IMG/VR virus record: IMGVR_UViG_3300046163_000090
Coordinates: 32,001 to 96,000 of that record
DNA from: a virus
Direction: 5' to 3' (one strand)
DNA length: 64,000 nucleotides
The notes beneath the pieces were generated by a model. It had not been told where the DNA came from, ran no database searches, and worked only from the letters and a program-made list of their open reading frames with translations. Positions 9,001 through 15,791 of this stretch are shown here, one piece after another. The position numbers and the translations under genes were made by a program. Every line of letters begins with the position of its first letter. Position 1 is the stretch's first letter.

Positions 9001-11080
9001 AAGGCGAGCAACTTATAATACAGGATTGCGCAATCAAGAAACTAATAGATTAAACGATCAAATGATTACAAATCCTAATGATCCATATTTTGGGATGACT
9101 GGCTTTCAAGCAAATGCTCAACAAAGAGCCCAAGATTTAAATACTGCCCAGACATCTCAAGTAAAAAATGCCAGAGCAGATTTCCAGCTTTACACAGGAA
9201 GAGGTAATGAATTAAGAGCTTCTGAAACTAGACTCCAGCTTTTGCAATTTCAAAAACAACAAAATATAGAAAACGGAAAAGGGAGAATGTTTTCTGATAC
9301 TATAGCAGTTAGAATCGCTGAAGTTAATGTTGAACTTGATCGATTTAATGAAACCTTAGCTAATACAGCATTTGATAGTGTAAAGCAAGGGTTCAGGGAT
9401 ATGATGGACACTATGGCCTCTGGCACAGCTGAAATGAGCGATGTATTCGGAGCTTTCTTGGGTTCAATCGTTTCAGCTATAAGTGATAAGTTAATAGATA
9501 GAGCCACAGCTCAAATTACCTCAGGTCTTTTTGATATAATTGGCATTGGAGAGCACAATAAAGGTGGGATAGTAGGATATAATCGTGGAGGTTATGCTAT
9601 GGGGGGTAAGTCGTCTCAGACTCCAGCAATGTTAACTGCTGGAGAATATGTTGTAAGAAAGAAAGTTGTAGATAGATTAGGCTCTGGAACTTTAGATAAA
9701 ATGAATAAAACTGGCTCATTAGATTCTTTATACCAAGAGCCTAGCACTAATAATTTTGATATCTCTACATCAAGTGGTGCTCCAGGTATGGCTTTCATGA
9801 ATGAAGGAGGATGGCTTAGTAGGCAATGGGATACAGCTAAGTCAACTTTCTCTCCCTTTACATCTTCCTCAAGTGATTCCAGTTGGGGTAGAGTTGCTAA
9901 AGGTAGCGGTATGCTTTTAGGCTCGTCCTATGGTGCCTATGAAGAGGCTCAGAAAAATGCTGCAGATAATGCTCCAGAAGCTCCACAAGCCCCTTCAACA
10001 GCAGTATTAAATACGACTTCAGATTTAAGTTTAGATCCATCTAGCAGCTCAATGTCTCCTTCGATGCGACAAGGTGGCAATAGTTATGCCCAACAATACG
10101 GAGATTATTTATTGAAAAAGTATGATTATGATGTTCAACAAAATAATCAAGCTGTTGAGGCAAAAGCTGGATTCTGGCAAGGCATGGCAAACCAATTCGG
10201 AGTTGCCCTCGGAGGTGCAGCAGTAGGTAAATTTACATCTTCCCTTGGAGCCGCCTGGGATACTAGGTGGGGAAGCGAAGCAACTGTAGAAAGATGGAAT
10301 AAACAAGGTATTCACAGTGCCGCAGATTTAGCTGAAAAAAAACCCAATAGTTTCGGTTACTACAAAAATGCGATGAATGACTACAGGGATAGAATGGGTT
10401 TTGATTCAATGTCAACCGATGATATAACCTCGGGCAAACCTGTTACTGGAGCCGACATGCTTAGGGCGAGCAATTCATCTCCATCTTGTTCAGGCGGAGT
10501 ATGCTCGACTTCTGATAATCTTGGTATGACAAAAAATAATGACTATAGGAGCACTTTTCACTCACCAGAGCAAATTGCTTTTTCTGATGCTTTATACGGT
10601 AGGGCAAACCTGGCTCCTGGCTTAGATATGAAAAACAGTAATTTTTTAAATAATGGCTATTTGAAGAAAAATAATGGTGGTATTATCGATTCTCCCATTC
10701 AGGGTTACAGCTCTGGCGGAAAAGTTTATGGTCCAGGAGGCATAGATAAAGTTGGCCCAGTTATGCTTGATAAAGGAGAATATGTGGTAAGAGCATCAAG
10801 CGTTAACAGTATCGAAAAACAATTTCCAGGATTTTTTGATCAACTTAATGCAATGAGGTTTAATCAAGGCGGTTCAGTCGGAGGCACTCAATCTAAGTCA
10901 GAGTCCTCCTCTCAGCAATCAGGTAATGTAACTGTTAATATCAATGTTGCCTCTGATGGTAGTTCTTCGAGCTCCTCAAGCGGTGGTGGTTCAGAACAGC
11001 AAATGGCTTCCAAGATTAAAGATGCTGTTGTTGGTATTATTGCTCAAGAAAAGAGGGTTGGAGGAATGCTGAGTGGCTAA
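2..11080 (+). CDS. Giant tape measure protein with N-terminal cargo-like domains (5' truncated by window edge)
   Basis: The frame is open from nt 2 (TAIEEIKERAGARQGGYIAGPIAT-M), so the true start is probably upstream of the window. It has Ala/Gly-rich hydrophobic segments (~4920-5340) and long Q/E/K coiled-coil stretches. C-terminal xxxGG motifs, PAMLTAGEYVV/PVMLDKGEYVV and the terminal VNINV...QEKRVGGMLSG are typical of lambda-H-like TMP ends. It lies directly upstream of the tail-tip genes. Confidence 0.88.
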   Translation, partial: TAIEEIKERAGARQGGYIAGPIATMSIPTVGRVVYNKNETIKQFDGMSQPAIMPPEKSKAGKEYKNDFSTHHGFDPYSHNSFSAGGFIPNYSFSTMNQNRLRDSKSRNRGVKNLNLEYFYPAAGQGGGTIFKMYKDIVRSADSGQPYTNILAGEIIGPRIPKMIVEGKKMLDKARLSGKKIPKMSIQGTIFPSMLTRKIDKFASDRKDGYIHPPVDYIPGEESEVRKYLKSLGADPESHDTVKLQNVYKGGYDTGFIPSFALKAGLIPGTNILRLPTAKMINETTASDFKGNKIKGWQTLEATVDNVQKHAQTYRNELSELKKVGVDLLQRKMYFSNQSQHIPVKDRKKIARQQKKMTSMKGFAGRNQHKITGNSQEDALFKSSLENKGYYPTWTGAYTAEGRQKGKGDENFKVDFFAPGRKPIESKYGKYTAPNLIAKSIRLYSDSYIEEFLSRSGRSDLSENMRKGKLKDSTNMLTSLGYKDVNADMVLRAGLFNGYLPDRKNNVNQNLRTVKELEGRETVSGYSAMSSSEMFDEFSSNSDRNFPGLEKMSKDGIWNNKNKKSRKKESFYHRGIVPNFSKNWAQGKSKSSDKNQGRKRSPQAEIIKAIRATLSKRGIKRSAMAEDKILFAAEKYISATKSRDYPGGYVNVNGNKINLNEITLALKKHGDYHPSFDDTVEFDGSKNHKDNLMFEELEQKRLPNFARYGMSSLRSPIMFKNGNEGSFGRSYLATTSKSGKLFLLKDGHKPFSDYMKKMGKPEPKLKEGAVGGREGYWVNSGADDVKTWAELPNTKLLASQEKRRAEAQAIENDRKARLNPGVFDPVLSNGKIFFSDGSSGSVNPDSLSKKMGKEYKHVEVDKRALHNYAKENKITKKSGGTESTHLGNAFNKILNLPRSEFLKMKHIVRPRMQTDGEKDLERKMNAPSKPIKWDVRDNQKGKKQYNLKADDTTFRQFSTFLLDQGVPKRSVDNIHKALANKQAHLDKIVKEARDKRSMGRGRGVFFDAAKKQESFEKGFSIPTDGLFIKNLNQMVRDFNKTVYNSDGFIPNFMFGNEAPEQSTLYPTKKDLKIKQYNNALKDFLEHQDNIKNKAWSMADFAGYINNDELSYPNLGDTAAGHSVNILKGKSLIYHSLAKSSKPLLEEFVTGLGRKTNAQSIGAAYEKLIEDNFGVQSLGHNAPIDYKNLGQKVNDFKEVRDPSGNAINEPKYTLLNSTKPNSPVEAAGGTGHTKQHMGRKGPRFAAQNPTGLNDIKATILSTLKGGPTKTKEPLTIGTERIVELTQKGQSDEQNLSGYDPKFKAFQIISEPSDTAFKKTKNILRSMKGTKQVKDKSAISSRVKAQKGNNFNINLFGGYGKSAHLVGSQNMIKLEQEIEQEINKQYKNQSSKNKANFSKQVKNASQNTFEIKYDKDILDLATHPITKSHGHIPNFSAWNPLTKNTQSIAKQGGLATNKFDLAKIIQNSPFKDLLRRHYHWNNFPEKHKKRLNEWLRSQGYTNRTLQGWGVLSRNSGSIAKGATEILTSSGHIPNFANPLGDAISREKEALRERGSAADIYIDQDNRLKNPKNPAGLLVANTRDEPKSGSQGVNRAISMGMDPKTHGASSGVVPNFASSTKGSSSSNKSANEIKDTGKAMKEAGDASGDLMMKMMGLTTLTYALDGAMGEASETASGFQKAMGVVNAAIMGASQAAMLAMVVPKGTSAKGRRKLNDGFEKAKNAYGSKNQSTGSRLKAGLGGAGMMAKGAGGMLMGALGPLGMAAAALIPIFSALKEQFGLFKSNIENIGDSLNAARKQQDLLNQATSSLSSEQQNAKSIIELESKGRNLSSEQMNELHKLRIQEIQNQGKLQGSLESVSANFDLSEKQLKLLSGSYADQQKLLKQLESAQVRYIASLELRKTRAENREKLGDTDAGLADFLNIFQLGDFQKTLALGKESADNIARGEADTFYETYMSGKINEGNAQEVNKQISGIVSLNLSKLRGGDAFDYEDFARDDEFQSQFSNLAKTLGYENNPEEGPDLNEFKRRMSESIASVNAQSYYSGIFGTNLNPFNSGQFTQDERETSKTFKQQLQRRVSGAKEDDAAKIAKKSEQVNLIDIANESNKMAKQISFEQDRALSLAKQRLKIEQKIFEQDQARLGLTDEIEDFLGVLNVDQKVDRQFDRKETAIDQKAEQDIKSLRIDARAESKKFLEDKIKTDRLNNSMFDPMTGINQDKVEKLLREIADNTDPNSKATSKEEIDFANKFERSAIEAMKGKGIDPSSFNKEKELTEQLNKAIAKRNEINANYKDDQYMRKRMTEQNPEASEENIQQLFNERIQARADNPILNKVTRAQEDFTSRYTKGFNQVMADFRERKQVLARPDAIRIYEQSSDYKALEKDMQNKIQSLVEMSISGSNNQNNEGKEQTKRLSFSNTLYNEAERTISRANKSLLSKTELELQKSLKIQERITKEAQSPAHLNQLYSENPRANPKHISSLEEQIKDLSKPPADTTLSNKPEGYKISSTYDIKEMDEYILKTKERLKNLNFSNGSTLSGSTNPDAATDNINSIKNQETEEAIASIPPVSPSEKALMNNASSPERIDIQARAKEQDTADRIKLVGANAQAKGVKDGTRIAESKLKDKANSLTNREQTILPDLFQQQQIQGIKYDSSPSVSNPGVFGQTGDMPLVNPNDPIYPINQARMGKDLALPVSTPDKIDGKSTEARAKSEAEINKIMSEIFIQLRDHKKIAGGVVDKTKARSMIIDGLLQLDDDIERAKAIELINTSNVTTYTDHEIDLIKQGLNQKQATLSDQEQAARQEKKANKDDLDLQKLSESFRNRTNAGLQETLRIRGDINNYEERVSDAVQHNLGVQSGFAKLSSEMLNVQIGKLRSMERDGSLAKHSESLANEELGREEKQRILSTAMLKAKNNLLDGTERGVQIAGDNFDAQEEERRLTLIAAQNKLKLSNLSEKLYKQAETESSIKVAQLAIENKLLAQKTKLYETTEALTKEVEGELEQQRRATYNTGLRNQETNRLNDQMITNPNDPYFGMTGFQANAQQRAQDLNTAQTSQVKNARADFQLYTGRGNELRASETRLQLLQFQKQQNIENGKGRMFSDTIAVRIAEVNVELDRFNETLANTAFDSVKQGFRDMMDTMASGTAEMSDVFGAFLGSIVSAISDKLIDRATAQITSGLFDIIGIGEHNKGGIVGYNRGGYAMGGKSSQTPAMLTAGEYVVRKKVVDRLGSGTLDKMNKTGSLDSLYQEPSTNNFDISTSSGAPGMAFMNEGGWLSRQWDTAKSTFSPFTSSSSDSSWGRVAKGSGMLLGSSYGAYEEAQKNAADNAPEAPQAPSTAVLNTTSDLSLDPSSSSMSPSMRQGGNSYAQQYGDYLLKKYDYDVQQNNQAVEAKAGFWQGMANQFGVALGGAAVGKFTSSLGAAWDTRWGSEATVERWNKQGIHSAADLAEKKPNSFGYYKNAMNDYRDRMGFDSMSTDDITSGKPVTGADMLRASNSSPSCSGGVCSTSDNLGMTKNNDYRSTFHSPEQIAFSDALYGRANLAPGLDMKNSNFLNNGYLKKNNGGIIDSPIQGYSSGGKVYGPGGIDKVGPVMLDKGEYVVRASSVNSIEKQFPGFFDQLNAMRFNQGGSVGGTQSKSESSSQQSGNVTVNINVASDGSSSSSSSGGGSEQQMASKIKDAVVGIIAQEKRVGGMLSG

Positions 11081-11876
11081 CAAAAATTCAGTTTCAAATT
11101 ACGAACAACAATTTTACTTGTCAGGAATTCTGCTGTCTGGAGTCACATCTATTAATGGCAGTTATTCAATTGAAGAATCTCCAATTAATATCATTGGGCA
11201 TGGTTATACCTACCCTGTTGCTCAAGGACCAATGGTTGGAAATTTTTCTTTACAGAAATATTTTATTGGTGAAGATCCAATATTAAACTATACTGGCGAT
11301 AGCCCTATTAGCGGAAGTGTTAATTATGGGGATAAAAGTTTTGGATTTGAAGAAGGTTATTTAACTGAATATTCATTTAGTGCGGGCATAGGCTCGATAC
11401 CTCAATCGAGTGCTAGTATAGTTGTTTATGGCGACATTGGCGAAGGTATTGATGCCTCAGGTTCTAACCCTCATCCAGAAATACAAATAGCTAATCAAGG
11501 CTCAATTTCATTAAATGCAAATGGATATCAAACAAACAGAATCACTAATTTTGAATATAGTTTAAGAATTAACAGAACTCCTTTATATAAAATAGGCTCA
11601 CCATTTCCAGTGCAAGTTGATACATCATTTCCAATCATGGAAGAAGTTAATGTTGTATTTGATGTCTCTGATTATGAAATTAGAAAAATGAACGATAATC
11701 TAATTAGACCGAATCAACAAGATGTAGAAATTTCTGTAAAAAATCCATTAAACAATAATAATATAGAAACATTTGAAATTAAAAAAGCTAGATTATTAAA
11801 TCATAATATAAGTTCTTCAAGCGAGGATATAATGTCTGTTAGCTTGAGGTATATGGGATATAGAAATAAAAGATGA
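11073..11876 (+). CDS. Putative tail/baseplate hub-like structural protein
   Basis: GTG start overlaps the TMP end. Beta-rich, resembles the next ORF (YLTEYSFSAG vs YLKSFSFSIA), and sits in the tail operon. Confidence 0.55.
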   Translation: MANKNSVSNYEQQFYLSGILLSGVTSINGSYSIEESPINIIGHGYTYPVAQGPMVGNFSLQKYFIGEDPILNYTGDSPISGSVNYGDKSFGFEEGYLTEYSFSAGIGSIPQSSASIVVYGDIGEGIDASGSNPHPEIQIANQGSISLNANGYQTNRITNFEYSLRINRTPLYKIGSPFPVQVDTSFPIMEEVNVVFDVSDYEIRKMNDNLIRPNQQDVEISVKNPLNNNNIETFEIKKARLLNHNISSSSEDIMSVSLRYMGYRNKR

Positions 11877-13039
11877 AATTCCTACCATATGAAGACGTAC
11901 CCCTTTATCTTGCCGTCAATGGTCAAGATGGTGAATATATTTTTGCAGAACAAGCTACAATTTCAGTGAATCAAGGTGTTGACGGATGCAGGCAGATTGA
12001 TGATAACTTAATACAAATATGTGAATACGGGTTTGGTTCTTCAATGAATTATTCATCGACGACTTTTCAAACTAACAATCATAAATTTTGTACACTAGGC
12101 CCGCCAAAAGGTCCGCCTAGACCCTTAGCTACATCAATTTTCAAAATACCAAAAGACACTAAAATCACTTTCCCTAACGGCAAAAATTTATACTTTAGTG
12201 ATGATATATATCCTGATGGAAAAGACTATGTAGTTCGATTACATTCTAAAGATGGAAATGTTTCATTGACTGAAGATGAGGCTCAAAACGGTTACTTTGA
12301 GCCTATATATAATTACGCATCACAAGGCCCAGTAGCTGGTAGCATGCAAGTTAATTTCTATACGGATAAAGGTAATTTGCAAAACTTTTTTAATATTACT
12401 GGAGCTTCAAATCCACTACTGTACCCACCCGTTGACGAAGAGAGAATTACGGGTCATCTTGGCGAATTTGCATTTGATCATGCGTACTTAAAGAGTTTTT
12501 CATTTTCTATTGCGCCAAATTCTATTATTCAAGCTTCTGCATCTTTTGATGTCTTTGGAACATTAGAAAAGAATAGTGAGTTAATTAACAACTATCATTC
12601 ATCTAGTGAGTACAGTCAATCTTCGATACCTCACGGAAAGCATAGTGAAATTGTTGGTCACAGTGCCCTAGGAGTTAATCATCCAGTTAGCTTTACTTAC
12701 CAAATATCTGTTGAAAGGCTAGCCAACTATACTGCTCCGACTGGATCTGAAACTAATGTAGGTTTAGTTCCTAATAGAAACTCAAAGAGCTCCACTACTG
12801 TTAGCATGTCACTAGGTGGAGATAACCTAGATCCAGATATCTTATCAGACGGCTTTAATGGCAAAAGGGCGAATCTCAATGTTATTCTAAGCGATTTAGA
12901 TTATGAAAATTTTGAAGATAATTCTGAAGGTGAATTGAATACTTTTAGCTGTAACGGAGTTATAACCTCTCAAAACCTTTCTGTTTCGTCTCAAGGACAT
13001 CTTAATGGATCTATTTCAGTAGTGCAAAATATATCATAA
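11873..13039 (+). CDS. Putative tail/baseplate structural protein (paralogue of the preceding gene, with an insertion)
   Basis: ATGA overlap, shared motifs with 11073-11876, tail operon context. Confidence 0.55.
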   Translation: MKFLPYEDVPLYLAVNGQDGEYIFAEQATISVNQGVDGCRQIDDNLIQICEYGFGSSMNYSSTTFQTNNHKFCTLGPPKGPPRPLATSIFKIPKDTKITFPNGKNLYFSDDIYPDGKDYVVRLHSKDGNVSLTEDEAQNGYFEPIYNYASQGPVAGSMQVNFYTDKGNLQNFFNITGASNPLLYPPVDEERITGHLGEFAFDHAYLKSFSFSIAPNSIIQASASFDVFGTLEKNSELINNYHSSSEYSQSSIPHGKHSEIVGHSALGVNHPVSFTYQISVERLANYTAPTGSETNVGLVPNRNSKSSTTVSMSLGGDNLDPDILSDGFNGKRANLNVILSDLDYENFEDNSEGELNTFSCNGVITSQNLSVSSQGHLNGSISVVQNIS

Positions 13040-14175
13040 TGGACATTCAGCATATAGATTTCGACATAAATAGTATCAGGGCTGACTTTGGTGCTTCAGC
13101 TCAATTTCAATCATCAATTGACAAAATGCAATACAACGATAATTATTCTCAAATTGTATCAAGAGGCATTAACTTTCTTAACATGCAGTACTCTTTAACT
13201 TTCAGTAATTTAACTGACGAAGATACAAAAAAAGTAATTTCATTTTTTCAATCTCAATTTTATTACGATGTTCAAGATTATGATATTAAAGGTAATTTTA
13301 CAAATAAAAGATTAGAGCCTTTTGATTATCAACCTAGTTTTCCATATAAAAAATTAAAATTTCATTGCTTAAACTTTAATCATTCAAAAGTTAATTATAA
13401 TATTAATAATGTTAGTGCTACATTGACATGCGTAACTCCAAGCATATTGGATAGTGTTGAATCTTCTCATTCGTATAATCCCGTTATTGATTCAGCTATT
13501 AATATTCATTCAGCAGTAGGCGCATCAACTAATAATCAATCTATTAATTTAATTAACGCTAATAATAATTCACATAGCTTACAAGAAGGTAATTATATAT
13601 TTTCTTCAGGAGATTACAGGAATGCTAAAATTACATCTTCTGGCTCTAGTACTGAAGTAAAGACTAGCACTGGCTTGCCCGCATTAACAACTAAAACTCA
13701 AAATAATGCATTACGAAGTTCAATTTTTATACATGAGCCCAACGAATGCTCTTTCTATCCGCATGAACCTATATACGACGACTCTAGTTTAAACGTTAGG
13801 TTCTTTGATTTTCGGCCAACTCAATCAATTGAAGTTTCTCATTCGCCTAAATTTAAGCAGAGCTCGGCACATGACATTTATAAAAAAACTAATAAGTATG
13901 GCTACAATCCAAATCTAAAAACTTTATCGCTTACTTTTGATAAGAGATCCAATAATGAAGCTAAGAGTATATTGTTATTCCTGGAGAGTCATTTAGGGTA
14001 TAAAAAGTTTGGTTTTCATTTGCAGAAAGATTATAATAATAAAACTCACGAAGAGGCAACTACCCCCATTAATTCAGACTTAAGCTTTTTTTATTGCTCT
14101 GATTGGAGTCATAGTTTTGTTTACCATGACAATCATACGATATCAGCTACTTTTGTGGAATGTCCGAACGTTTAA
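13039..14175 (+). CDS. Minor tail protein, lambda gpM-like (two tandem gpM-like domains)
   Basis: Two segments resemble gpM: YNDNYSQ..SRGIN....YSLTF...ISFF and YGYNPNLKTLSLTF...ILLFLESHLGYKKF...ISATFVE. It lies directly upstream of gpL. Confidence 0.7.
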   Translation: MDIQHIDFDINSIRADFGASAQFQSSIDKMQYNDNYSQIVSRGINFLNMQYSLTFSNLTDEDTKKVISFFQSQFYYDVQDYDIKGNFTNKRLEPFDYQPSFPYKKLKFHCLNFNHSKVNYNINNVSATLTCVTPSILDSVESSHSYNPVIDSAINIHSAVGASTNNQSINLINANNNSHSLQEGNYIFSSGDYRNAKITSSGSSTEVKTSTGLPALTTKTQNNALRSSIFIHEPNECSFYPHEPIYDDSSLNVRFFDFRPTQSIEVSHSPKFKQSSAHDIYKKTNKYGYNPNLKTLSLTFDKRSNNEAKSILLFLESHLGYKKFGFHLQKDYNNKTHEEATTPINSDLSFFYCSDWSHSFVYHDNHTISATFVECPNV

Positions 14176-14188
14176 TTTAATATAATAT

Positions 14189-15085
14189 ATGAATGAACAT
14201 GTGCATAAAGAGATGTTTGAGATGGAGCCATCCACTCTTATTATTCTTTATGAATTAATTCTTAAAGATTTATCAGATGGACAAACAGAAAAAAGATATC
14301 GATTTCATGGTGGTGAAAATGGATATAATAAATCAATAAAATATGGTTACCCAACACTGGGAAGTCAGGGTAATTTTGAATACTTTTATGTGCCTTGTCG
14401 GGCAGAAGGCTTCGATTACAGTGCTGACGGCTTACCCAGGCCAACCATCACTTTTGATAATACAGACTCATTCTTTAGTTTAAAAACTAGATATTTTAAA
14501 GATTTTATTGGTTATGAATTGATCAGAATCAAAACTTTTGTTAAATTTTTGCACGGAAGTAATTTCCCTAATGACGTCAATCCTTTTGGCTCTCCCACAG
14601 AAGCATCTTTTCCTTACGAAGAATATGTTATCAATACTAAAGTAGTAGAGAATGCAGAAATAATTTCTTTTGAACTTAATTCCAAGCTAGAGAAAGAAGG
14701 AGGTATTGTTCCTGCTAGAAAAATTGTATACAATGTATGCCAGTGGAAATACAGAAGCGAATACGGTTGCGGGTATCAAGGTGGACCAAAGACAGACAAA
14801 GACGGCAATCCATTAACTCACACAAACTCATTCTCGAGTATATCTGAGTGGTCTAGTGAAGCAACTTATTCAAAAGGAACGGCAGTTAAAATCGGTAGTT
14901 CGGCGGCTAAATATCAATATTATGTATGCCAACAAAATGGCACGACAACTCACCCAGAGGATGATAAAGTTAGATGGACTCAAGATATTTGCCCAAAAAA
15001 TATAGCTGGCTGTAGAGCGAGGTTTCAGGAAGGAGATGACAATGGATTACCTTTCGGAGGTTTCCCAGGATCTTGGCCAAAGTAA
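14189..15085 (+). CDS. Minor tail protein L (lambda gpL-like, 4-Cys Fe-S motif)
   Basis: AEGFDY...LPRPTITFDN, CQWKYRSEYGCGY, DICPKNIAGCRARF and terminal LPFGGFPG are gpL hallmarks. Confidence 0.92.
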   Translation: MNEHVHKEMFEMEPSTLIILYELILKDLSDGQTEKRYRFHGGENGYNKSIKYGYPTLGSQGNFEYFYVPCRAEGFDYSADGLPRPTITFDNTDSFFSLKTRYFKDFIGYELIRIKTFVKFLHGSNFPNDVNPFGSPTEASFPYEEYVINTKVVENAEIISFELNSKLEKEGGIVPARKIVYNVCQWKYRSEYGCGYQGGPKTDKDGNPLTHTNSFSSISEWSSEATYSKGTAVKIGSSAAKYQYYVCQQNGTTTHPEDDKVRWTQDICPKNIAGCRARFQEGDDNGLPFGGFPGSWPK

Positions 15086-15791
15086 GCCTTTAAGTTCTTG
15101 CTTAAGGTATTCTTTATCTTCTCCAAATCAAGAAGTCGGTGGTGTATTCTATTTTAATGAGTCTTTCTCTGATTACCGCTTTCTCAATATTCAAAGTAAA
15201 AATTTAATTGAAAAAAATTTCTTTTCTTGTTCTGACCCAACCTTCTATAAACTTTTTAAAGAAAATAGAGTAATCTCTTTGTTTCATACTCATATTGAAT
15301 CGGGCCCTGAACCAAGTGATTTTGATATAGAAATTGCAAATTCATTTATTCTACCTTCGTGTGTTTTTTCTGTAAAAACTAAAGAATTTAATTTATATTA
15401 TCCTGAAAATTTTAAACCTAGACCTCTTTCAAAAAGAATATTTATACCGATGTTTCAAGATTGCATTACCTTTGTTAAGGACTTTTATTTAAAGCACATG
15501 CAAATAAATTTACATGCAATCACCAATAACTGGGCTAGAGATAGAAAAAATTCAAATGAAATATTGATCAATGTATTAAATGATAATTTTTTTGAAGTGA
15601 ATAAAAAAGATTTAAAGTATGGAGATATTATTGTTATGAGCCCGTTGGACTCTCAGTATTTCCATTTAGTTGTTTATCTTGGCTCAAATGAAGTTTTTCA
15701 TCATCCAATGTTTATGCTTCCAAGAAAGGAATTTATTAAACCAGAAGCCCTTAATAAAGTGTATAAAGTATATAGGTATAAGGAAGGATGA
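15036..15791 (+). CDS. Tail assembly protein K-like (JAB/MPN plus NlpC/P60)
   Basis: FHTH...PSDFD JAB motif, then QDCITFVKDFY, GDIIV and HLVVYLG...HH NlpC/P60 motifs. It lies between the gpL and gpI/J genes. Confidence 0.88.
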   Translation: MTMDYLSEVSQDLGQSKPLSSCLRYSLSSPNQEVGGVFYFNESFSDYRFLNIQSKNLIEKNFFSCSDPTFYKLFKENRVISLFHTHIESGPEPSDFDIEIANSFILPSCVFSVKTKEFNLYYPENFKPRPLSKRIFIPMFQDCITFVKDFYLKHMQINLHAITNNWARDRKNSNEILINVLNDNFFEVNKKDLKYGDIIVMSPLDSQYFHLVVYLGSNEVFHHPMFMLPRKEFIKPEALNKVYKVYRYKEG

